NCBI GenBank assembly: GCA_043228905.1
Contig: JBHGNT010000018.1
Location: forward strand, 13,206,001 to 13,270,000
Reading direction: 5' to 3'
Source: Azolla caroliniana
Taxonomy: Eukaryota; Plantae; Polypodiophyta
DNA: 64,000 nucleotides
In this document: positions 33,201-42,629 of the stretch, piece by piece
Layout: each line of letters opens with the position of its first letter
How positions within the stretch are numbered: the stretch's first letter is position 1
Notes under the pieces: generated by a model
Database searches by the model: none
Seen by the model: only the letters and a program-made list of their open reading frames with translations
What the model was told of the DNA's origin: nothing
Program-made: the position numbers and the translations under genes

Positions 33201-35657
33201 CTACGAGGAGCAGTCCCGACCGGCAAGGGACCGGTTAGCACTCGAGGATCCGGCCGAAGACGGTGAAGAAACAGAACCGGCCGAAGAAGATGAAAATGAT
33301 ACCGGAACCGGCCCCGATCCCGAAATGGATTCCGATGAAGAAGAAGAATCGGAAGAACCGGTTACCGAAGCTCCCGAACAGAGATATCCTCTAAGAGAGA
33401 GAAGGGCCCCCCGGAGATTTCCGGAACCAGAGCACGTGCTGCTAACAGACGAGGGGGAGCCGGAAAGTTTTGAAGAAGCAAAACATGACACCCAGAGCCG
33501 CAGGTGGTTGAGTGCCATGCAGGACGAGATGGATTCCCTGCATGAGAATCACACATATGAACTTGTGGAGTTGCCGAAAGGAAAGCGGGCACTTCGAAAC
33601 AAGTGGGTGTTCAAGCTGAAACCGGGAGATGCCGGAAACCCCCCGAGATACAAAGCCAGGATCGTGGTGAAGGGGTTTCAGCAAAAGAAGGGCGTCGACT
33701 TCGACGAGATATTTGCCCCGGTAGTGAAGATGACCTCCATCCGGACGGTGCTGAGCATAGCAGCAAGCATGGACCTCGAGGTAGAACAGATGGACGTGAA
33801 GACGGCATTCCTTCACGGTGACCTCGAAGAAGAGATCTACATGCAGCAACCGGAAGGATTCGAGAAGAAAGGGAAGGAGCACCTGGTATGCCGGTTGAAG
33901 AAGAGCCTTTACGGACTGAAGCAGGCTCCCCGGCAATGGTACCGGAAGTTCGACTCCTTCATGACCGACGAAGGGTACCACAAAACGCAGTCTGATCACT
34001 GCGTGTTTGTGAAGAAGTTTGAAGGAGGAGACTCTCTAATACTCCTCCTGTACGTGGACGACATGTTGATCGTCGGACGGGACCAGGTCAAGATACGGAT
34101 GCTGAAGAAGGCTCTTCACCGAACCTTCTCAATGAAGGACTTGGGCCCGGCGAGACAAATACTAGGGATGCACATCATCCGGAACCGGAGCAAGAAGCAG
34201 TTGTGGCTGTCACAGGAAAAGTACGTGACAAAGGTGCTTAAACGGTTCAACATGTCGGAAGCAAGACCGGTCGGATCGACCCTCCCGGCAAACTGCAAGT
34301 TGTCCAGCAAGCAAAGCCCCAAGACAAAGGCTGAGAAGGAGGACATGATGAAAGTACCATATGCCTCTGCTGTCGGAAGCTTGATGTACGCAATGGTGTG
34401 TACAAGACCAGACATTGGATACGCAGTCGGAGTGGTGAGCCGGTACATGAGCAATCCCGGCAAAGAGCATTGGAACGCGGTCAAGTGGATACTCCGATAC
34501 CTGAAGGGCACGGCAAACGTGTGCCTCCGATTCGGCTCCGGTAAGCCTGAACTCGACGGCTTCACCGATTCGGATATGTCGGCTGATGCAGATACCAGCC
34601 GGTCCACATCAGGGTATGTGATGACCTATGCAGGGGGAGCCGTTTCGTGGCAGTCGAGGCTGCAGAAGACGGTTGCGTTGTCAACCACGGAGGCGGAGTA
34701 CATGGCAGCTGTTGAAGCCGGCAAGGAAATAATATGGATGAAGGACTTCATTAGAGAGCTCGGTATCCAGCAGGAGGAGTACCGACTCTACTGCGACAGT
34801 CAGAGTGCCATCCACCTTGCGAAGAATGCGGCTTATCACTCCCGGACGAAGCACATCCAGCGAAGATATCACTGGATCCGGGAAAGGATAGAAGACAAGG
34901 AGTTCGAGCTGACGAAGGTCCACACGGACGAGAACGGGTCAGATATGCTGACCAAGGTGCTCACACCCGACAAGCTGGAAGCATGCCGGAAGAGGATCGG
35001 ACTGGAGAGACATCCCATGCCGAAGTGAAGGGGGAGTTTGTTGGGATTTCGGTCCCTCCGGATGGGATGTCCGGAGATGAATGACGGCAAGCCCGGTTGC
35101 GGTTACGGAACCGGATGATGAAGACCCCGGTTACGGAGCCGGATGATGAAGACCCCGGTTACGGAACCGGATGATGAAGACCCCGGTTACGGAACCGGAT
35201 GATGAATGTACCCGGAGAGAGATCCGGATGCGGAGACATATTTGTGAATATGTTTGCCAAGAGCCCTTGAGGCTATATTTGTAAATAGCCCGAAAGTCAT
35301 ATGTGTATAAATATGACTTAGGGCAAACAGTTTTATGTCGTTGCTCATTTTTCATGAGAAGTGAGAGCAGCCGAGAGAGAGAGTGAGAGACGAAGAGGTC
35401 GTTGCCTCTGTGTAATACCGCCGCCTGTGGCGAGGACAGCGAGCTCAAGGTTGTTGCCTTGTAGCCTCACCATTGTACATCTCTGTGTATAGTGATAGTT
35501 GGAGTTAGAGGACTCCCGTGGTTTTTTCCCATTTAGGGTTTTCCACGTAAACATCCTGTGTGCTCTTCTCTCTGTTGTTCTTCGTGCATTCTTGTATTTC
35601 CCGTTTTCTGCGAATCGATCCTGTTCCTCGGTTGTGGCCGAGCACGGAATTGCAACA
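30274..35657 (+). mobile_element. Very young, intact Ty1/copia element (LTRs 30274-30920 and 35039-35657)
   Basis: TSD ggatt (30269-30273 / 35658-35662). PBS tggtatcagagc and PPT agggggag. LTRs appear identical apart from one 28-bp repeat unit. Single intact ORF. Confidence 0.97.
30952..35028 (+). CDS. Copia gag-pol polyprotein (~1358 aa from the first ATG after the PBS)
   Basis: gag with zinc knuckle CFHCGKPGHFRKNC, protease WVVDSGAS, integrase HTD...IDD...DNGGEY...NGLAER, RT QMDVKTAFL/YVDD, RNase H TDSD...AEY...SDMLTK. No stops. Confidence 0.96.
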   Translation: MEGAGSGPPGMMVLNAQNYADWKIKMEDLLIVRDLYEPIDRSEIPKGVLESEWKLLNRKAVATIRQYVDVSVLQHVANDTNAYEMWRKLSGLYERKNALNRTSLMRKIVNLKYRDDESMVEHVSTFMGFVNQLAAIKFPLEDAMQAIILMCTLPDSWENLVVTLSTSCTEDNLSLQTVKTSILNEEARRRDKEPVSDSKVLLTESERGRQWNRSPQRREKLGTRSQSRGRPTCFHCGKPGHFRKNCRHYRKDNGADDTDSKKSPERNGAYRGATDRRGPDRRGQDRKGTTALAASEEEIMLITEECELNVAGDETTWVVDSGASFHLTPERRYFSSYTAGEHGCVRMGNEGTCRIAGIGDVWLTTPTGCKMLLKDVRHVPEVRLNLISAGRLDDEGYTGSIRNGVMKFSKGSLIVARARKVNTLYLMNSRLCPEELNVAADTAGELWHKRLCHMSEKGMKRLAEDNLIPVKHVHLEKCTDCLAGKQNRTSFHSRPPMRRSAPLELVHTDVCQVETKSHGGAQYFVTFIDDHSRKLWTAPLKTKDQVLSVFKELHARVERESGKKLKAIRADNGGEYRGQFQEYCRSKGIRLEFTVPKTPELNGLAERMNRTIMERVRSMLAHAKLPKGFWAEAMSTATYVINRSPSVPLDGDTPQRVWTGREVSYRHLKVFGCLAYVHVAKDRRGKLDPKTRPCIFLGYGDDEFGYRVWDPVDKKIFRSRDIIFMEDKTLADWESEKKMKSSKSTGEDQLYEEQSRPARDRLALEDPAEDGEETEPAEEDENDTGTGPDPEMDSDEEEESEEPVTEAPEQRYPLRERRAPRRFPEPEHVLLTDEGEPESFEEAKHDTQSRRWLSAMQDEMDSLHENHTYELVELPKGKRALRNKWVFKLKPGDAGNPPRYKARIVVKGFQQKKGVDFDEIFAPVVKMTSIRTVLSIAASMDLEVEQMDVKTAFLHGDLEEEIYMQQPEGFEKKGKEHLVCRLKKSLYGLKQAPRQWYRKFDSFMTDEGYHKTQSDHCVFVKKFEGGDSLILLLYVDDMLIVGRDQVKIRMLKKALHRTFSMKDLGPARQILGMHIIRNRSKKQLWLSQEKYVTKVLKRFNMSEARPVGSTLPANCKLSSKQSPKTKAEKEDMMKVPYASAVGSLMYAMVCTRPDIGYAVGVVSRYMSNPGKEHWNAVKWILRYLKGTANVCLRFGSGKPELDGFTDSDMSADADTSRSTSGYVMTYAGGAVSWQSRLQKTVALSTTEAEYMAAVEAGKEIIWMKDFIRELGIQQEEYRLYCDSQSAIHLAKNAAYHSRTKHIQRRYHWIRERIEDKEFELTKVHTDENGSDMLTKVLTPDKLEACRKRIGLERHPMPK

Positions 35658-37229
35658 GGATTCTCCATAAATTGGTTGATCACCCCGACTGGATAACTGA
35701 TGTTGGGTCGGGTGATCATCAAGTATATAAGGCTTCTGACAATTTGTCGGAACCGTTTCTCATTGCAGGCCGGTCTGGAGTCGGGACGTAGCTTCAGGTT
35801 CCGGTCCAGGGGTGTGGAGATCGGTCGGCATTCCGTCATGCCGGACTTGTACAACATATTCAACACATAGTGTCTTTGTGAGAGCAATATGCCATCAGGG
35901 GTTCGGATCACCCCGATCCCAATAAAATAATGAAGGTCCCCTAGGTCCTTCATTTCAAATGCGCCTGATAGCTGGGACTTCACTCTACTGATTTCCTCCA
36001 GTCCGGGTTCAGTGATGACTAAATCATCAACATATAGCAGGATACAGACCGGACTGTCTGGACCTTTCCAGATGAATAGTGACGAGTCAGAATTTGAGGC
36101 CGCAAAACCCATTTTATGCAACCGGTGCATGATCTTCACATTCCAAGCCGGGGGGGCTTGCTTCAGACCGTAAAGCGACTTCTTGAGTTGGCACACTGCC
36201 GACTTGTTCATCTGTGATTGGAAACCGGGGGGTTGGATCATATAGACCCATTCTTCAAGGTTACCTTGAAGAAACACATTCTTCACGTCCATTTGGTGAA
36301 GATGCCATCCCCTTGTTGCATCAACAACCAATACCACACGAATCATTGTCATCGCTACCGGAGCGAAGGTCTTGTCGTAGTCGATTCCGTGGGTCTGTGT
36401 GTATCCCTTTGCCACTAACCAGGCCTTGTATTGGTTGACTGAACCGTCAACGTTCTACTTTACCTTGTATACCCATTTGCAACCGATCGGTTTACACTAT
36501 CAGGGAGGGTCAACCAGGTCCCATGTGTCGTTGGTATCAAGTGCCCGCATTTCTTCCTCCATAGCAACACGCCAATTTGCGTCTTTTGCTGCATCTATGT
36601 CGCTCTCCGGCTCACGCACTTCCGCCACCTTAGTCATGTACGCATAATGATGTGCCATGTACTCATTGTACCCGTACCTTATGACGATTTTCTTCTGACG
36701 GGTTGACCAACGTAGCTTTTCGTTACCCGGTTTGAGACCCTTCTTGGCTGGTTCGTGCTTCATTTCTAAAGATCCGCCTATTCCCTTTCCCGGGTTAGAT
36801 TCGCTCCGATTCGACCCTTCATTGCCGGTATCGTATTCTAGCATCTTCTTCTTTCCCTTCTCTTTGCGCGTGAACCGTCTCCTTGGTTCCTTGCGCGGGG
36901 AGAGAACGACAGAGTCTCCACTACTCGTCGGTTCTTCATCCGACTGGTCATCCCGACTCAGTCGTGCATTCGGTCCATTTAGCCGGAATGAGATCGGACT
37001 CTCATCTAGAGTACCAAATCCTTCATCTTCTTCTTGAACCTCTCCGGGCTCAAACTTCACACTCACATAACTTGACATTTAGTTGTCTGTTTCAAATGTA
37101 GTAAAGTGCATTCGGAAGCTCTTGAAGACATCCATCTTTTCGTACCAAGATATTAAACTAATATAAAATAGTATCTTCACTATTATTGTTTCATATTGTG
37201 TGTGAAGAACCGCACTTAATTTTGTACAT

Positions 37230-37560
37230 TCCATGCAATTTTCACACCGTTGCCGAAAATCTTCACGACATCCACCCCCACTAAACCGCACGTCCTCTGG
37301 TACATGCCAAGAAGAGAGAGTGTGAGATTTCGGCTACAGTGATTAGTACGATTCCTCCATTTCAAGCATGTCCATTCCCTTCACTTGAACCATTGTCGCC
37401 ACCCAATCCACCATATCATTCGCTCATTCTTTGTTTTACCATGACCAGTTGTCATGGGGTTGTCATGGCCCCTTGTTCTCCTTCCGAACATAACTGTTTA
37501 GGTTTTATGCATGTTCCACCTTTGTCCCGATCATCTCCTTTTGATGAAACTCGAAATTTG
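37230..37560 (-). mobile_element. Gypsy LTR-end/PPT remnant related to the element at 40300-42253
   Basis: cttcacgacatccacccccactaaaccgcac matches cttcacgacatccacccccaccaaaccacac at ~41217-41250. Confidence 0.55.
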
Positions 37561-38469
37561 ATTTTAGAGAGGAAGAGTTATGTTAAAAAGCAAAAACCCC
37601 AGGGAATCATAACTGATTTACTCTCTTTTCTGGTGTATTAATTGGAATAGTGTCGGAGCTCTATGTATGACTTTTAGAGATGAATAAACTTAAATTTCTC
37701 CTGGGTTGAGGGCTTACTTTACATTAATTATCAATAAAAGAAATACTGAGAAGCACAAACCTTTGAAGGTCAACATGGTGTCAAATTCTTTGTGCAATAG
37801 AAATCTAGCTCTCTGGATGTGGAATTAAGTCATTAGTTAATATTAAATTGTAAGGAAATCTTTATTTAGAAAACTACACCAATGGTGAGATAAGCACAAT
37901 CAGTGTTTCAATTGTGATTTTACAGCTCTCTGAGGTTCCCTAGGCCAGTCGTAGATGAATCACATTAAACGAAATGGTTGGCATATATGTAACAAGAGAA
38001 AACCAAATCATCAATAAGTATCTAGAGAGGAATCAACTTTTACTCAGACTAAACCATGCTCATCTCTCTATATATACCAGGAGAAAACCAAAATCTTCGT
38101 ATTTGTATAATGAAAGTCTAGTATACATTCAAAACATAACCAAACCAAAATTCTCCCTCGACATATACCACGAGGAAATTCAAAGCTTCTCACTTATTAG
38201 ACTATTGAAGAGTGTCTCATACACATTCAGAACCTTAAATGAACCCAAAATAGTCGATCAATACATACCTATGTAACGTGTTATAGTAGATTGTAGAATG
38301 TAGTAGGAACTTTGAAGAGGACTAAGGAGTTAGGAGTTAGGAGTTAGGATGAGGACCGAGGTAGCGCAGGAGAGAGTATGTACTGTAGTCTATGAAGCCG
38401 TGTAGAAGAGAGAGTCAGGAGGCAAGAGTCAATACTTAGAATTTAGGATTGGATTATTATTTTTAAATC

Positions 38470-38640
38470 TAAAAACCTAAAAACCAAACCTTTAAACTGA
38501 AACCGATAAACTGATAAGCCTTTAAACCGCTAACTCCAAAAACCGAACCGAATCGTATACTATGAAACCAAACCAAACTAATTATTTAACTTTAAACCGA
38601 TAAACCATTAAGCCACGACTTAGCGGTTCGGTGAGCTAAA
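38470..38640. repeat. hAT subterminal repeat array (aaaccg/aaacca), transposase-5' end
   Basis: Multiple aaaccg, aaacca and gaaccg motifs immediately inside the right TIR. Confidence 0.8.
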
Positions 38641-40299
38641 ACCGGGCCCATTGCTAACCACAGCTGGAAGTTGTGGGTCTCCATGTTGAAGACGAAGGAC
38701 CAGGTATTTTCTGTCTTCAAGGAGCTTCATGCGAGAGTCAAGAGAGAAACCAGCCGGAAGTTAAAGGCAGTTCAAGACGACAACCGAGGTGAATACCGAG
38801 GGTAGTTCGGGAAGTGCTACCGGTCGAAGGGAATTCTGCTCAAATACACCGTGTTGAAGATGCCAAAGCTGAATGAGCTGGCCAAGAGGATGAACTGGAC
38901 CATTATGGTGAGGGTCTGAAGTATGCTTGCACATGCTGAGTTGTCCAAGAAGTTTTGGGTTGAGGCGCTGATGACAATGACGTATGTGATAAACATATCA
39001 CCCTCAGCACCCTTGGACGAAGATATACCATAGAGAGTGTGGACTAGCAAGGACGTTTCATATTGGCATTTGAAGGTGTTCGGTTGTCTTGCCTATGTAC
39101 ATATCGCAAAGGACAAACGGGGAAAACTAGACCCAGAAACTCGGAGATGACGAATTCGGCTACCGACTGTGGGACTTAATCGACAAGAAGGTCGTTCGAA
39201 GCCGAGACATAGTCTTCATGGATAAAAAGACTATTGTTGACTGGGTGTTAGAGAAGATCACATCTTCCCGAACAGTCAGAAGTCTACAACCGACTAAAGA
39301 ACATGGAGAGTCAATTGAATTCAAGTCCACAGTTGGGAGTCGGAGGTCAGTCGGGTGTCAGAGTCAGACACAGAGTCGGATCCAACGAAGACGAAGAAGG
39401 ACCAACTCCGACTCGGATGAAGAACTAACTAAAGAAGTTGAAGAGGAGCCGACTGTATTGGCCAGGGAGAGAAGATATCCCCTTAGAGAGAGAAGGCCCC
39501 CCAAAGATTTCTGAATGAAGAGAATGTATTGCTGATCGACGAAGGGGAGTCGAAGAGCTTCGAGGAAGCAAAGAGGGACACCCACAACCGCAAGTGGTTA
39601 AGTTCCATGGAGGACGAAATGGATTCCCTGCATGAGAACCACACATACGAATTGACAGAGCTACCGAAAGGAAAGAAGGCGCTTTGAAACAAGTGGGTAT
39701 ACAAGTTGAAACCGAGAGACGCCAGAAATCCACCAAGGTATAAAGCCGGCAACGTGATGAAGGGATTCTAGCAGAAGAAAGGAGTAGATTTCAATGAGAT
39801 CTTTGCCCCGGTAGTGAAGATGACATCCATCCGGATAGTGTTGAGCATAGCGGCAAGCATGGACCTCGAAGTCGAGTAATTAGATGTCAAGATTGCCTTC
39901 TTGCACGATGACCCTGAGAAGGACATCTACATGCAGCAACCGAAAGGATTCATCAGGAAAGGGAAGGAGAACCTAGTGTGCTGGTTGAAGAAGAGCTTAT
40001 ATGGACTGAAGCAATATCCCTGGCAATGGTACTGAAAGTTCGACTGCTTTATGAAGGACCACGGGTAGCACAAGACGTAGGCCGACCACAACGTGTTCGT
40101 GAAGAAGTTTGACGGAGGAGACTTCCTAATACTCTTGCTGTATGTGGACGACCTGTTGATCGTCGGACAAGACCATATCAAAATCCGGATACTTAAGAAG
40201 GCCTTGAGCAAGTCTTTCTCGATGAAAGATATGGGTCCAGCAAGACAGATTTTGGCGATGCACGAAGAAGCTATTGTGGTTGTCACAAGTGAAGTACGT

Positions 40300-40732
40300 T
40301 TTCGCGGTTTTCCGCATGGATGCATAGAAATAGGACAGGAACACCAGGATCTCAGACCAAGGAGTCGGAATAGGGGGGAAAGGGAGGACCGTGTTGTAGT
40401 CCGGATGGCTACGCCGGTCCAATCCCCAATCACGTATTGGATACAGAATGGTACCCGGATCAGAGCGGAGTAGCTCGCCAGCTTGAGGGAGTGTATCTTT
40501 CCCCAGTCAGGATGTCGAGGAGCAACAACATGCGCACAAGTTCGCGGACTCGTACGTGCACGCAACAGATTCTAGATGGGAATAAGACATGAGCTCAGAG
40601 CACGGCCAACACACGATTGGTAGGAGCCACCCAGAAACCCCAACAAAGGGGACTCAACAAACTAATGATTAAGAGAGATTCCAAAAAGTACAACTAGGCG
40701 CGACCATCAACAATGTTTGGCACTCTCAGGAG

Positions 40733-40763
<31 letters not shown>

Positions 40764-41732
40764 GAGACAGGACAAAGAATCTCTGGTCGGGAGCACGTGG
40801 GCTGCCAACGTAAGCAGAGACTTCCTCTCCTTGTTCGAAACGGTGCAGAACACATGATGGGAAGAGAGGGAGAGGTAGAGAACTCAACGCTCAATCCGAC
40901 AACACTTCCTCCTCCTAATTCCTGGATCCCTTTCTTAGTCTTCTCTCCCTCCTTCTATAGCTCAAGGAGAGAGAGAGTTGTTACATTAGATAGTTAAGTC
41001 AACCGCTTCCGACAGAGATTTTCCTCGATTCCCTAACGTCAAACTCCCACATTCCTCTCTATCCATGTGGGTCTTTAAAGTGCCCATTAACCCTACTACC
41101 TAGTAGTTGCTAGTCCAATGTTATTACATGTTTCACACATAAAGCCTAAAATTTGTACATCTGTGTAAACACCCATTCCTGTCCGTCTAGCTCCATTTCC
41201 CTCTGTGGCGGGAATCCTTCACGACATCCACCCCCACCAAACCACACATCCTTCGGCATGTGCCAAGTAGTGTGAAGTGATGGGGATTCCGGCTCAGCCT
41301 TTATGCATCCTTTCCTGGGTTGTTGCTAATTGGGTCCTCTCCCGGATCCTTACCCTCGTCTGTGCTTTCACCCTCATCTATCTCTGGCTCTGGTTCTTGT
41401 TCACATCGCCTTTTGAAGGCCTTAATTTTCTTTCCCGCGACAGGTGCCGCTATCCTTGTCTCGTCGAGTTCCGCAAGGTGGTAGGTTGCATTGTCGTTCA
41501 CGTTGGCTTCACCAAAGATGTCACGGTTTTCCATGTGGATGCGTAGAAATAGGACGGGACCACAATGGGCTCACAAAAACATATTTCCATATATGTCCCT
41601 TCATCTGGTGAGAGGTTCTCACCGGGTCTTCCTTGCCGGGTAATCATATCCCATCCGGAGGGACCGAAATCCTAACAGAGAATTCAAAGAGTACAACTGG
41701 GTGCAGCCGGCAACATTGCTTAGCGCTCTCAA

Positions 41733-41788
<56 letters not shown>

Positions 41789-42253
41789 GAGACAAGACAA
41801 AGAATCTCTGCTTGGGAGCACACGGATTGCCAGCGTGAGTAGAGACTTCCTCTCCTTGTTCGAAATGGTGTAGAGCACAAGATGAGAAGAAAGAGAGAGA
41901 GGTACAGAACTCGACGCTCAATCCGACAACACTTCCTCCTCCTAATTCCTGAATCCCTTTCTCAGTCTTCTCTCCCTCATTTAATAGCTCAAGGAGAGAG
42001 AGAGTTGTTACATCAGGTAGTTAAGTCAACCGCTTCCGACAGAGATTTTCCTCGATTCCCTAACGTCAAACTCCCACATTCCTCTCTATTCGTGTGTGTC
42101 TTTAATGTGCCTATTAACCCTACTACCTAGTAGTTACTAGTCCAATGTTATTACATGTTTCACACATAAAGCCTAAACTTTGTACATCTGTGTAAACACC
42201 CATTCCCACATGTCTTGCTCCGTTTCCCTCTGTGGCCGGAATCCTTCATGACA
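40300..42253 (-). mobile_element. Miniature non-autonomous gypsy derivative (LTRs 40300-41226 and 41519-42253; 292-bp interior)
   Basis: 4-bp TSD acgt restores copia B RT KYVTKV. PBS-like tctttggtgaagcc next to 41519 and PPT next to 41226. The interior retains only an integrase C-terminal tail (NATYHLAELDETRIAAPVAGKKIKAF). Confidence 0.75.
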
Positions 42254-42629
42254 ACGTGACAAAGGTGCTTCAAAGGTTCAACATGGCAGATGCAAAGCCT
42301 GTCGGGAAACAGAGCTTGAAGACAAAGGTAGAGAAAGCGTAGATGACGAAGGTACCTAATGCCTCAACACTCGGAAGCCTAATATACACAATGTTTGTGT
42401 ACACAGCCGGACATCGTATATGATGTGGAAGTCTTCAGCCGATTCATGAGCAATTCGGGGAGAGAGCACTAGGCTGTTGTCAAGTGGATGCTCTAGTACT
42501 TGAAGGGCACCACGAGCATGGGCCTCTAAATCGGCTTAGGTAAATCCCTATTGGAAGGTTTTATTGATTCAGACATGTCCATTGATGTAGATACCAGTAG
42601 ATCCACGTCCGGATACATCATGACCTATG

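Larger units (their letters stand above)
28614..37077 (-). mobile_element. 5'-truncated Ty1/copia element E (3' LTR 28614-29083), same family as A, host of the young copia
   Basis: LTR tgtgaaag...ctcaaca contains a long (GA)n and is followed by ctccccctc. RNase H remnant 29700-30270 and RT 35663-36500 (QMDVKNVFL, LYVDDL) are continuous across TSD ggatt. No 5' LTR was found. Confidence 0.85.
6071..38656 (-). mobile_element. Giant (32.6 kb) cargo-carrying hAT-superfamily DNA transposon
   Basis: TIR TAGCGATGGGCCCAGTT (6071-6087) vs reverse complement of 38640-38656 TAGCAATGGGCCCGGTT (15/17). 8-bp TSD accacagg (6063-6070) / accacagc (38657-38664). AAACC(A/G) subterminal arrays at both ends. Internal hAT transposase. 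Flanks join into continuous copia integrase FVTFIDDHS|WKLWVSMLKTKDQV. Confidence 0.9.

Noticed and set aside
35345-36415. 356-aa ORF looking like a novel RT fusion
   Set aside because: It is the RT of copia E reading through the insertion junction into the antisense LTR of the young copia.
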